NCBI GenBank assembly: GCA_963705305.1
Contig: OY970067.1
Location: 352,001 to 416,000, forward strand
Length of the DNA: 64,000 nt
From: an uncultured Methylomirabilota bacterium
GTDB taxonomy: Bacteria; Methylomirabilota; Methylomirabilia; Methylomirabilales; 2-02-FULL-66-22
Reading direction: 5' to 3'
Position numbers and translations under genes: made by a program. This document shows positions 1 to 9,792 of this stretch, in pieces. The notes beneath the pieces are model-generated. The model was not told the DNA's origin. It did no database searches and saw only the letters and a program-made list of their open reading frames with translations. Each line of letters opens with the position of its first letter. The first letter of the stretch is position 1.

Positions 1-1403
1 TGCTCACGTCGTACATCGTCGCCAACGCGGTGATCCTGCCCATCTCCGGCTGGCTGGCCAACTACTTCGGGCGCAAGCGCCTCCTCCTGGCGGTGGTGAC
101 GGGGTTCACCGTCTCCAGCGCCCTGTGCGGCATGGCGCCCACCCTGCCGCTGCTGATCTTCTTCCGGGTCATGCAGGGCACGACGGGCGGCGGCCTGCAG
201 CCCCTCTCTCAAGCCGTCCTGCTGGAAGAGTTCCCGCTGCACGAGCGGGGCAAGGCCATGGCCTTCTGGTCCCTCGGCATCATCGCGGCCCCGGTGCTGG
301 GCCCCACGCTGGGGGGGTACCTGACCGACAACTACTCCTGGCGCTGGGTCTTCTACATCAATCTGCCGATCGGCATCCTCAGCCTGGTCATGATCTCGCT
401 TTTCCTCTACGACCCCCCGTACATCCAGCGCGGCTCCTCCCGTGTGGACCTCTGGGGGCTGGGGATGCTGGCCCTCGGGATCGGGGCGCTCCAGGTGATG
501 CTGGACCGGGGACAGGAGGAGGACTGGTTCGGGTCGCACTTCATCGTGACCCTGGCCATCACGGCAGCCATCATGCTGACGGCTTTCGCCCTCTGGGAGC
601 TGCACGTCCCGGACCCCATCGTGCACTTCCGCCTCGTCCAGTACCGGTCCTTCGCGGCCGGGATCCTGCTCGTCACGGTCCTGGGATTCGTCCTCTACGG
701 CAGCCTGGTCCTCCTTCCCCTCTTCATGCAGACGCTCTTGGGCTGGACCGCCGTCACGGCCGGCATCTGGACCAGCCCCCGGGGTGTCGGCACCGCCCTC
801 TGCATGCCGCTGGTGGGTTATCTCTTGGGCAAGGGGTGGGATGGCCGCAAGATGGTCGCGTTCGGGTTCGCCGTGACGAGCCTGGCCTTCTTCGGCTACT
901 CGCGCATGACCCTGGACTCCGGGACCTGGGACATCTTTTGGGACCAGATCAACCAGGGGGTGGGCATGTCGTTCATCTTCGTCCCCCTCACCACGCTGAC
1001 CATGGACCCCATCCCGCTGACGGAGATGGGCTACGCGACCAGCCTGTACAGCGTGGTGCGCAACATCGGCTCCAGCATGGGCATCTCGTTCGTCACCACC
1101 TGGGTGGCCCGGCGGTCGCAGTTCCACCAGACCCTGCTCGCCGCCCATGTGACGGCCCTGAATCCCCGGGCCCAGCAGTCCATGGCTCGACTGCAGCAGT
1201 CCGTCTTCCAGCCGCACGCCGACCCCATCATGGCCGGCCGCCAGGCCCTCGCCGCCATCTACGCCATGGTGCAGCAGCAGGCCGCTCTTCTGAGCTATGG
1301 CGAGGTGTTCCAGCTGATGGGGATGCTCTTCCTGGGCGTGATCCCCCTGGTCGCCCTCATGCGGCGGTCCCAGGCGCGTGCCGGGGCCTCTGCAGCACAC
1401 TGA
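1..1403 (+). CDS. DHA2-family (EmrB/QacA-like) MFS efflux permease, 5' end outside window
   Basis: Hydrophobic ORF with motif-A-like GWLANYFGRKR and typical DHA2 segments (GPTLGGYLTDNYSWRWVFYINLPIG, MLDRGQEEDWF); frame open to the window edge. Confidence 0.93.
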   Translation, partial: LTSYIVANAVILPISGWLANYFGRKRLLLAVVTGFTVSSALCGMAPTLPLLIFFRVMQGTTGGGLQPLSQAVLLEEFPLHERGKAMAFWSLGIIAAPVLGPTLGGYLTDNYSWRWVFYINLPIGILSLVMISLFLYDPPYIQRGSSRVDLWGLGMLALGIGALQVMLDRGQEEDWFGSHFIVTLAITAAIMLTAFALWELHVPDPIVHFRLVQYRSFAAGILLVTVLGFVLYGSLVLLPLFMQTLLGWTAVTAGIWTSPRGVGTALCMPLVGYLLGKGWDGRKMVAFGFAVTSLAFFGYSRMTLDSGTWDIFWDQINQGVGMSFIFVPLTTLTMDPIPLTEMGYATSLYSVVRNIGSSMGISFVTTWVARRSQFHQTLLAAHVTALNPRAQQSMARLQQSVFQPHADPIMAGRQALAAIYAMVQQQAALLSYGEVFQLMGMLFLGVIPLVALMRRSQARAGASAAH

Positions 1404-1639
1404 GGCGCCGCGTCCTCGTGCGGCTTATGCGATTCGAGGACCGGGCATCGGCGACTCGGCCGGCGGCGGATTCGGATAGCAGGGAACAGGCTGTCAGCGC
1501 CCGCGGGCTCGAGGAGATGACCCAGCCGGCGGATGTGTTCCCGCCGGGTTTGCACGGGACTTACGGCCCCTGAGTTCTTGAGAGGGGAAGCGGTTGGGGA
1601 ATGGCGGAGAGGCGACCGAAGACACCGTGCGCACGCCAT

Positions 1640-1672
1640 TGGTGCCGGGGGACCGGACCCACAACGGAGCGA
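1640..1672. repeat. 33-bp att-like direct repeat, copy 1
   Basis: TGGTGCCGGGGGACCGGACCCACAACGGAGCGA; 29/33 identical to 24433-24465. Confidence 0.75.
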
Positions 1673-1733
1673 ACCGTCCGGTCCGTCACCGGGAGGCATA
1701 GGTGTCCATGCGGTTGTTGGAAGCCTTCCCATC

Positions 1734-2171
1734 TTAGCGAAATAGACCACGGACTTTGCTGAGAAAAGCAGGGGAGCGCATACGGTGTAGGATTGCAGCC
1801 CATTTGTTTTCTGCGAGAAGCTTTCTTTGGAAATCCTTTTCTTCCTTTCTCATTAGTTCCAAGACTCTTGTGTCTTCGTCCTCATCCAGCCAGTACCCGT
1901 GTTGATTCTCGCAAAACTCCAATTCGAGGTCGTAAAGGCGGTACTGAAATCTCCTGAGGGGTGCGTTGCACTCGGGGCATTTAGCGGTTGTGGCCGTGGA
2001 ACTGAAGATTAGGGTTCCTTTCTCGTCGTCGCCGAAGTCAAAGACCTCATCCTCCAGTTGTTCGAGTTCCTGATACTCCAACCACATTCCCTTACAGGAT
2101 TGACAGTAGTTGACTGCGATTCCATGCCGTTTCGTTGAGGCCAGATCCGCATTGCATTTAGGGCATTTCAT
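1734..2171 (-). CDS. Double zinc-ribbon (zf-TFIIB-like) protein
   Basis: MKCPKC...YCQSCKGMWL and a second CPEC...FCENQHGYWLD unit; purine-rich RBS upstream. Confidence 0.8.
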   Translation of the reverse strand: MKCPKCNADLASTKRHGIAVNYCQSCKGMWLEYQELEQLEDEVFDFGDDEKGTLIFSSTATTAKCPECNAPLRRFQYRLYDLELEFCENQHGYWLDEDEDTRVLELMRKEEKDFQRKLLAENKWAAILHRMRSPAFLSKVRGLFR

Positions 2172-2551
2172 CTCTTCCCCCCGCTCTCTTCGGCTTCCAG
2201 CAATCCGCGTCAGCTCCGGTCCCTGGTGGAGCCACCCATAAACACCAAACCGTCACCGGCTTGCCCCCATGCCGATCAACACCCCCTGGGTTGCAGGAGA
2301 GAAGCCTGGCGAAGCGTCGCCGAAAGAGTATGCCTGCGACCACGGGCTGTCAACCCAAAGCGCGCCCAGGCCGGCGACCGGGGGGCTGCGGACGCAGGCA
2401 AAAGAGGGTCCTGTCCGGGAGTTTGAAATGGGAGCAGTCCAGGGCGGGTCGTGCCGAGTTTGGGAAGCAGGGTCAACCTGGATGGTCAGTCTCGGGTGTG
2501 CGATGCCGGCTAGAAGAACCAAGTCGAGGGAATGGAAGACTCTTACGCAAT

Positions 2552-2608
2552 TGGCGGTCCGCGGGAGGGAATCGAACCCCCATGAGGTTGCCCTCGCGGG
2601 ATTTTGAG
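2552..2608 (-). pseudogene. 3' half of tRNA-Leu(CAA), probable att-site remnant
   Basis: Minus strand reads CTCAAAATCCCGCGAGGGCAACCTCATGGGGGTTCGATTCCCTCCCGCGGACCGCCA: anticodon loop, long variable arm, T-arm GTTCGATT, degenerate acceptor 3' strand; no 5' half. Confidence 0.8.
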
Positions 2609-2719
2609 AAACGTTTTGGAGTCTTTAGATTCAGGTACTTCCAGCGTCGTTGGTTCGATTTTTGGTTCAGTCCCGTTTTGCCCACTGGCCTCCTTCACGT
2701 CTGCCCAAAACGAGTGTAC

Positions 2720-4180
2720 CATATCTGAAAGCGCTACTCCGGGCAAGGCCAATAACATTCGCTGCGCAAGAGCCCCGCGGCAGGATTGGGGATAGACCAC
2801 GCCTGGCCCGGCCCAGCGCGCCCGAAGGTGGGGCGCAGGGCCGGCGGACGATCCCGCGCGCGGTTGTGGGTGGTTCGGTCTCCCTCCCTACGGGTTGCGG
2901 GCCTCGGGTGCCGGTGTCATCGGAACCATATCTTCGCCGTCATCGCGGCATGATGGTGTCCCGGAGGGAACGTCGCAATCAGATTCCGAGCGTCTCCCGC
3001 TCATGGGCACTTCGCGCTGGTCCCTCCGTGGACGACGCCGGGCGGGCCGCCGGGTCGCGGGTCCGGTTCCCGCTTGGTCAGGATCCAATAGGTGGCTTCC
3101 GCCAAGTGGCGCGCGACCGCGCCGATTGCCGTCGCGTGCCCCTTCCGCTGCTGGATGCGCGTATAGAGGCAACGGACGTGGCGGTGCGGCCGGGCGGGGC
3201 GCGTGCGGTCGGTGGGACTCGCCGCCTCGACGAAGGCCCACTTGAGGTAGCGAGTGATGTCCACCCGGAGCTGGCCGTAGTGGACGCGGCCCCCGCTGGC
3301 GTGCACGCGCGGCGTGGTGCCGGCATAGGCGGCGAGCTGCGCCGCGCGCGGGAAGCGGCGGATGTCGCCGATCTCCAGGCGGAGGACCACGGCCAGCACC
3401 CACCCGACCCCGGGGAGCGTCCGGAGGAGCTGGAGCTCCGGGGTGGGCGCAAAGACCGCGCGCCGGCGCGGCTCGAAGCCCTCGATCTGGGCCGACACGA
3501 CGTCCAGCTGCTCCAGGAGGCGCTCCGTGGCGGTCCCGACTGTGCGGCGCCAGCAGGGGGAGGGCGGTGGTGAGGAGCCACTGGCGCCCGCGGCGCCCGA
3601 AGAGATCGCTCGTCCCCTCCAGGCGCAGGCCGGTCCTTGGCCAGGGTGGCGTGGATCCGATTCTTGAGCCGGGTGCGCTCCCGGGTGAGGACCATGCGGG
3701 TGCGGGGGAGATCCCGCTGATCCCGGAGGGGGCCGGGCGGGATCCACACCGTGGGGAGCGTCCCGGCCCGCTGCAGCCGGGTCCGCCCCCGCGCGTCGAG
3801 CGTGTCGGTCTTGGTCCCCAGGCCGCGCAGGAGCTTCGCCTTGCGCGCGTGGACCAGCTGCGGGACCTGGCCGGCCGCTTCGATCTCGTCCACGATCCAG
3901 TCCCAGGTGCCGACGGTCTCGACCGCCACCGGCGAACCCCGCTCGCGGGTCGCGAGGAATTGCTGCAGGGCGCCCCGGACGTGGTCGATCCGGCCCTCGT
4001 ACCGGCGCTGGCCGTCCTCCGTCTCCACCGAGACCTGGGTGTACCGCTTGTGGGCATCGAACGCGATGTACTCCATGGCAGCGCGCCTCCTCTCAGCGGG
4101 GACCCCGCCCGCACCCCCTCCCGGGTCGACCGCAGCATACGCTGCAGTGCTCAGGAGGCGCAGCGCTTTCATAGCATCAG
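2720..4180 (-). mobile_element. IS110-family element, IS1111-like organisation (sub-terminal IRs, long 3' non-coding region)
   Basis: IRs TGAAAGCGCT (2726-2735) and AGCGCTTTCA (4162-4171) enclose the transposase and ~270 nt of downstream non-coding sequence; exact ends approximate. Confidence 0.75.
3001..4076 (-). pseudogene. IS110-family DEDD recombinase/transposase with two frameshifts
   Basis: [21 protein letters not shown] (DEDD) in one frame; [34 protein letters not shown] in another; shifts near 3640 and 3540. Confidence 0.9.
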
Positions 4181-4230
4181 ATTCTGCTGGGCGTGCGTAG
4201 CCCGTGTCCAGGAAACCGGGAGCGGTATAC

Positions 4231-4353
4231 TTAGCGCGACCACTCGGCCCAGCGTCCTCCCTCAATCGCGGCAAGGAATTCTGCGACGTGAAGGTTGAAG
4301 AGCTCCGGCTCTTGGAGATTCGGCGTGTGGCCGCAAGCTGGGAAGACGACGAG
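4231..4353 (-). pseudogene. C-terminal fragment of an alpha/beta hydrolase
   Basis: Manual translation [40 protein letters not shown] (catalytic-His loop); cut off at the MITE end at 4357. Confidence 0.65.
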
Positions 4354-4356
4354 TCA

Positions 4357-4566
4357 GACGTTGCACTATCTGTCATATCTTGCTTTTCCCGGGCCACCTC
4401 TCCCGAGGAGGGGAGGGACTCGGATGGCGCGCGCGGCCAGATCTAGTCCGCCGTGCCCCTATCCTACGGGTTTCCCGTCAGCCTTCCCTTGCCCAAACCC
4501 GCAGGCTCCCCTATTGCCCCCGCTGGCCCGAAACGCTGGAGATTATACAAATAATGCTACGTCCCC
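4357..4566. mobile_element. ~210-bp MITE-like element with imperfect terminal inverted repeats
   Basis: Left GACGTTGCACTATCTGTCATATCT; right AGATTATACAAATAATGCTACGTC(CCC); a third copy of the end at 7148. Confidence 0.6.
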
Positions 4567-4663
4567 TAGTATGTTAAAGGAAACCTTGGCACGAGACTCC
4601 TAGGTTCTTGAATCCCCGCCAGCTACACAACAAGCTCGGCGAAAGTGATTGTCTCGATGCACG

Positions 4664-5161
4664 CTAAAGCACCACGGGCTTGTCGGGCAGTTTATTCCGG
4701 TCATCGGCGACAGCAGGAAAATGTTCTTTCAGATGCTGCGTCACCGCCTGAATGCCGCTGATCACGCCCCCTTTATAGTTTCCCTGTTTAAAGGCGGTTT
4801 CCATTTTGCGGCAAATCTGCTCCCATTCTTGCGAGGCCACCTTCGAGTGAACCCCGCGATCGGCAACGATTTCAACGGCGCGGTCGGCGAGCAACAGGTA
4901 AATCAGCACGCCGTTATTGTGTTCGGTATCCCATACACCAAGTTGCGAATATACTTCAATGGCGCGTTCTCGCGCGGATTGCCCCTTGAAGAGCGGAGAA
5001 CTGTGCAGTGCTCCTTCTACCGCGAAACGGATTTCCCCAACATGTTCGGCCCTGCTCGCTTTGATCGCCTTCTCAATCGCAATCAAAGCTTGGCGGGGAA
5101 AAGCTCGATTCACCTGCCAGTGGGTCGCCAGAAGATGCCTCACAATGCGTTTGAGGTTCAT
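4664..5161 (-). CDS. TPM-domain protein (short, LemA-operon type)
   Basis: GEIRFAVE, LGVWDTEHNNGVLIYLLLADRAVEIVADRG, NKLPDKPVVL. Confidence 0.9.
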   Translation of the reverse strand: MNLKRIVRHLLATHWQVNRAFPRQALIAIEKAIKASRAEHVGEIRFAVEGALHSSPLFKGQSARERAIEVYSQLGVWDTEHNNGVLIYLLLADRAVEIVADRGVHSKVASQEWEQICRKMETAFKQGNYKGGVISGIQAVTQHLKEHFPAVADDRNKLPDKPVVL

Positions 5162-5163
5162 CG

Positions 5164-6015
5164 TTACCACCGCCCCGAAGCGCCGCCACCGCCAAAGCCG
5201 CCACCGCCTCCGCTGAAACCGCCGCCACCAAATCCCCCCGTCCCGAATCCCCCACGATAACCGCCGACGCCTGGCCCGACCATCCCACCACCCACCAACG
5301 TGAAAAAGAGCGCGATCACGCCCGCGACAATCGCAATGAAGGCTGTACCTACCAAGAACCACGCGATCACGGCCACGATCCCCCCGGTCACGACTGAGCC
5401 GGGAAACCTGCCCAGGACAGAGCGCAGCGCCACACCCAGCACAAACGCAAGAATAAGAATAACCGGCAGATACTGCTGAATGCCTACGGTATCGCCGCCA
5501 CGCTGTCCTGTGGGTTCCGGCAGCGGCTCGCCGTCGACGACGCGGACGATCTGGTCGACCCCGGCCGCAATGCCCCCATAGAAGTCCCCTTGCTGGAAGC
5601 GCGGCGTAATGATCTCGCTGATGATGCGCTTGCTGGTGGCGTCATTGAGCGCCCCCTCCAGGCCGTAGCCCACTTCGATGCGCAGGGCCCGGTCGTTCTT
5701 GGCAACGACAAGGACTGCACCGTCATCCACTTTCTTCCGCCCCAGTTTCCATTGCTCGGCAACGCGCAGGGCATACTGCTCGATCGTTTCCGGAGCGGTG
5801 GTGGGAACGATAAGGAGCGCGATCTGACTGCCTTTCCTGGCTTCAAACGCTTGCAAAGTCTGCTCCAAGGCGGCCTTCTGCTCGGCCGTGAGCGTTGCGG
5901 TCTGGTCGGTGACGCGTCCTACCAAGGGCGGAACCGGGACCTCTGCTCCAGCGACACAAACCCAGCAAAGCGTGAACGCAAGACATGCAGCTCTTGCCAC
6001 AGGGATCGGTCTCAT
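5164..6015 (-). CDS. TPM-domain (YgcG-like) membrane protein with Gly-rich tail
   Basis: Signal peptide, WKLGRKKVDDG, RIEVGYGLEGAL, C-terminal GGGGFGGGGASGRW. Confidence 0.93.
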   Translation of the reverse strand: MRPIPVARAACLAFTLCWVCVAGAEVPVPPLVGRVTDQTATLTAEQKAALEQTLQAFEARKGSQIALLIVPTTAPETIEQYALRVAEQWKLGRKKVDDGAVLVVAKNDRALRIEVGYGLEGALNDATSKRIISEIITPRFQQGDFYGGIAAGVDQIVRVVDGEPLPEPTGQRGGDTVGIQQYLPVILILAFVLGVALRSVLGRFPGSVVTGGIVAVIAWFLVGTAFIAIVAGVIALFFTLVGGGMVGPGVGGYRGGFGTGGFGGGGFSGGGGGFGGGGASGRW

Positions 6016-6644
6016 TTCGCGGCTCCTGGAGCCTCGCCTTGGGGTTTGATCGGCGCCGACCCGAAGTCAACTTTCGGCGGCTTGGAGATTTCCGCTTCGT
6101 TTTCTACGGTGAAGTTGGGCTTCGTTTTGTACCCGAACACCATCGCCGTGAGATTCGAGGGGAAGGAGCGCACCGTGACGTTGTATTCCTGCACGGACTT
6201 GATGTACCGATTGCGCGCCACCGCAATACGGTTTTCGGTGCCTTCCAACTGTGCCTGCAGGTCGCGGAAGTTGGCGTCTGACTTCAATTGCGGATAGTTC
6301 TCGGTCACCACCAGCAGCCTGGAGAGGGCGCCCGACAGTTCTCCTTGGGCGGCTTGGAACTTCGCAAATGCTTCAGGGTTATTGATAAGCTCCGGTGTCG
6401 CCTGGATGCTGCCCACTTTCGCGCGGGCGTTGGTGACACCCAGCAACACCTCTTTTTCCTGGGCGGCGAAGCCCTGTACGGTTTTCACCAGGTTGGGGAT
6501 CAGGTCAGCACGACGTTGGTACTGGTTCAAGACCTCCGACCAACTCGCCTTGATCTGTTCCTCGCCGGTCTGGAAGGTGTTGTAGCCGCAACTGGAAACG
6601 CTGAGCGCAACCAACGCTACCAGGACCACCCATAATTTACGCAT
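6012..6644 (-). CDS. lemA: LemA family protein
   Basis: QYQRRADLIPNLV, ENYPQLKSDANFRDLQAQLEGTENRIAVAR. Confidence 0.95.
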   Translation of the reverse strand: MRKLWVVLVALVALSVSSCGYNTFQTGEEQIKASWSEVLNQYQRRADLIPNLVKTVQGFAAQEKEVLLGVTNARAKVGSIQATPELINNPEAFAKFQAAQGELSGALSRLLVVTENYPQLKSDANFRDLQAQLEGTENRIAVARNRYIKSVQEYNVTVRSFPSNLTAMVFGYKTKPNFTVENEAEISKPPKVDFGSAPIKPQGEAPGAAK

Positions 6645-6803
6645 TTGATTTCTCCAGAATGTTGAGCCTCCTCCGTCGGTCGCCACGAGGAGGGGCAACG
6701 GATCGGAGGTTACGCCTGGCCGCCCTAGCCTGTCAAGCCCGTTGGCTCCTTGGCAGGGCGGCGGATGAGGTGGCCTGCCCCATTGATTGGTCCTCCCGCA
6801 AGG

Positions 6804-7068
6804 TTAGTGTCCCCTTCGGGGATGGTGGAAATCCCCCGCCTTCAGGCGGAGCACGCTGGGCGATAGGGGCGCCACAAGGTTTCGATCGGCGAGGTTCATG
6901 CGATCAGCGTAGTGGTGCCCCTGAGCCCGCCGCAGATCTTGTGCGCATGCGGAGTCGACTTCCAGTCGACCCAATCTTCCTATTGGAAGTGGCCAGGTCA
7001 TATACAGTTCAGAGAACGGTTCCATGAGGTCAACCCCTCGGCTTGCAGCCGAGGGTCGTTGAGTTCAA
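6804..7068 (+). mobile_element. Non-autonomous IS200/IS605-like element / structured RNA candidate, copy A
   Basis: TTAG then hairpins TCCCCTTCGGGGA and CCGCCTTCAGGCGG on the left; CCCTCGGCTTGCAGCCGAGGG-TCGTTGAGTTCAA on the right; internal blocks shared with 23170-23403. Confidence 0.65.
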
Positions 7069-7115
7069 ACCGGCTCCTAACGCCAGCGTCGGGCGCGGTT
7101 GGGTTCAGGCCATGG

Positions 7116-7136
7116 CGATTATTTAATTTCCCCCCG
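7116..7136. repeat. 21-bp direct repeat, copy 1
   Basis: CGATTATTTAATTTCCCCCCG, 19/21 identical to 9793-9813. Confidence 0.6.
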
Positions 7137-7147
7137 TGATTGTCATG

Positions 7148-7178
7148 GGGGACGTTGCATTATCTGTCGAATCTGCTT
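7148..7178. repeat. Isolated copy of the 4357-4566 MITE terminal sequence
   Basis: GGGGACGTTGCATTATCTGTCGAATCTGCTT. Confidence 0.55.
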
Positions 7179-7743
7179 AGCTACACCACCGCGGGAAATC
7201 GCCCTGCCACCGTGATTGGGGACGATGCCAAGTTCGTCACGTGCGAGGGAACTCGTCTTGCCCCTGCATCCATAACCACCTTGAGACGGATCGCTCACGC
7301 GGCACCCCGACCTCCGACGGACTGTCGGCACAGGGCCTGGCCCCGATGGATCGCAATACACCGGCGCACGCCGGCCGCCGCTCCAGAGAGAATCGCGCAG
7401 CAGGCCGACGGCCTGGCAGGCCGTGGTGACGCCATCCTCACGCAACATGCCGTACATGGCAATGGATTCCCCGATCACAGCTGGAAGGATCGGACTGGCG
7501 CGGGCCGAGGTCGCCTGGGTCCGCCTGGTCCTATCCCCGGTGTCCCTCTTTCCCCTTGACGCCCACCGTTGGTCCGCCGGATACTCCATGCAGCCCCAAG
7601 AAGGCCGCAAGCCGCGACCACGGGCAGCCCGAGGTCGAGCCGGCGGGTCCAGGTGCGGGCGCCGCGCCAGCGGGGAGGGCCCGTCGCATGGCGGTCCTCC
7701 AGCAACATATGTCTATCATCTCATTAACCGGAGGGAAGGTTTT

Positions 7744-8292
7744 ATGGAGCTTCACGAAGCCATCGAGAAGAGGCGAACCATCCGAATCTTCAAGGAGGGG
7801 GCGACCGAGGCCCAGCTCCGCACGCTCCTGGCCGCGGGCGCCAAGGCGCCGTCCACGCGCAACCGGCAATCCTGGGAGTTCATCCTGGTCCCGGAGCGGG
7901 CCCGGGTGGACCGAATCGCCGAGTTGAAGTACCAGTACAACCGGAAGTTCTCGCCCGGCCCGGGCGAGACCCAGCAGGAAGTCGAAGCGCGGGCGCGCGA
8001 CCAGCAGCAGTGGTTCCAGCATGCCAGCGTCGTCGCCGTCTGCACCCAGGGGGGTGATGTTGCCTCCGCGTGGCTCGCCGTCGAGAACATCTCCCTGACC
8101 GCCGTCGCCGAGGGGCTGGGCAGCGGCATCATCGGCTTTGGCGGGGAGGAGAAGAAGGCCGTGGAGGCCCTCCTGGGGCTGCCCGCCGGCTACGAACTGG
8201 TCTGTATCATGAAGTTCGGGGTGCCCGCAGGGCCAGTCACGAAACCGCCGATGCGACCCGAATTCAGTTGGCTGCACAAAAACACATTCTAA
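7744..8292 (+). CDS. Nitroreductase family protein
   Basis: MELHEAIEKRRTIRIF, APSTRNRQSWEFILV, ENISLTAVAEGLGS. Confidence 0.92.
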   Translation: MELHEAIEKRRTIRIFKEGATEAQLRTLLAAGAKAPSTRNRQSWEFILVPERARVDRIAELKYQYNRKFSPGPGETQQEVEARARDQQQWFQHASVVAVCTQGGDVASAWLAVENISLTAVAEGLGSGIIGFGGEEKKAVEALLGLPAGYELVCIMKFGVPAGPVTKPPMRPEFSWLHKNTF

Positions 8293-8335
8293 CGCAAGGT
8301 AAACGATGCCCTGAACAGGGCTCGCACGAGGTGCT

Positions 8336-8365
8336 GGCCAGGGGGTGCTTCCCCCTGGCCTTTTT
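8336..8365 (+). terminator. Rho-independent terminator
   Basis: GGCCAGGGGG-TGCTT-CCCCCTGGCC followed by TTTTT. Confidence 0.85.
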
Positions 8366-8722
8366 CTGTTTCCCCCGCGGTCAGGGGAGGCACGTCCAGA
8401 CTCATCGGACACGCGCACTTGAGACAGGAGGTCCGCTGAGGTCATGAATCCCAGGCGTTTGCAGGAGAGTATTCGGGGCTGGACGGGGTCGCGGCGGACG
8501 ACAACGCGACGCTGGCGATAGAAGTCAAGATGGATTGGCTCCTTGGCCTCAAGCAGCCATTGCACATTCAGGGTGCCGGGGGGGCGAACCTAAGGGTATT
8601 TTTGCGGTTCCCCCGGAGCTGCTTGTCCCCTTCCAGGGTCAATGGGCGGCCTGAGAATACTCGCCGCCCGGACCCCCGTCAAATGCCGGACCGGGCGCGG
8701 GACGGGGAGGAAGGGGACACCG

Positions 8723-9446
8723 ATGAACGTCCTGGGGTACATCCGGGTCAGCACGAACGAGCAGGCGGAGAACGGGGTGAGCCTGGCGGCCCAGCGGCAC
8801 CGGATTCGGGAGTACTGCCAGGCAAACGGCTACAAGTGCGTCGAGATCCTCGAAGACGACGGGTACAGCGGGAAGGATTCTCCGGCGCCCGGCGCTCCAA
8901 CGCCTCCTGGCAGAGCTGGAGGCTAAGGGGTGCCCATTGGGCGCCCTTGTCGTGGCCAAATTGGACCGGCTGACCCGGTCGGTCCGGGACCTCATCCGGC
9001 TGACCGAACTCCTCCGGAAGCATGGCGTAGCCTTGGTCTCCATCCAAGAGGCGGTGGACACGTCCACGGCGACGGGGCAGATGTTCTACACCCTCGTGAC
9101 CGTCATCTCCGAGTGGGAGCGGGGCGTCATCGGGGAACGGACCCGGGAGGCGCTGGCCCACAAGCGGCGGGACGGCAAGCGGGCGGGGGCGATCCCCTAC
9201 GGATTCAAATTGGCACGGGATCGCAAGACGCTGGTGGAGGTCCCCGAGGAGCAGCGGACTCTCGCGCTGATCCAGCGTAAGCGTGAGCGGCTCAATCTCA
9301 GCTTCTCCCGGATCGCGACGGACTTGAATGCCAGGGGCAACCTGGCGAAGCACGGCGGCCGCTGGCAGCCCGGGACTATTCGTAGCGTCCTCCGGACCCT
9401 CCACCGCCACGGGGGAATGCTCGGACCTGTGAGAGCGGCCGGGTGA
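8723..9446 (+). pseudogene. Short serine recombinase (resolvase catalytic domain plus partial recombinase domain), +1 frameshift near 8880
   Basis: GYIRVSTNEQ..DDGYSGKD / LRRPALQRLL..KLDRLTRS..SEWERGVIGERT..IPYGF..IATDLNARG..GGRW; removing one T in GATTCTCCGG joins the two frames (~240 aa). Confidence 0.88.
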
Positions 9447-9792
9447 ACCCGGAACAGGGAGGAACTGGGGCGGAGAGCTGGCGAGGGAGGCACAGGATCA
9501 GTCGGCGTGCCGGGGGGCTCATGAAGACCGCTGCTGTCCCGTCAAGGACTTAGAGAATTGATCCCTGCATTTTACCTGGCGAGATCCCCGCTTTCCGCCT
9601 GCTCCCTTCCCACCCGTTTTCGGCCCATCACAGGGCGTCCAGGGGGGGCAAAGCTCCCCTGGAAAGCGATCGCCCATCCTCGGGCTTCCTGGTGGGCTAG
9701 GCGGGGGGTTTCGAGGGCATCTCCGGGACCCTCCGGATAGCCCTGGATCCGCCCGGCTGGCGGCGGGGCTCACCACTGCGGTTACTCGGAGC

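Noticed and set aside
1602..2250. Further tRNA/tmRNA-end-like words (TGGCGGAGAGG at 1602, TGGTGGAGCC at 2225)
   Set aside because: Only 10-11 nt with no T-arm, so chance cannot be excluded.
2552..2608. Functional tRNA gene
   Set aside because: The D-arm and 5' acceptor strand are absent and the 3' acceptor strand is irregular.
8870..8890. Programmed frameshift in the serine recombinase
   Set aside because: No recognisable slippery sequence; a single-base insertion or sequencing error is simpler.
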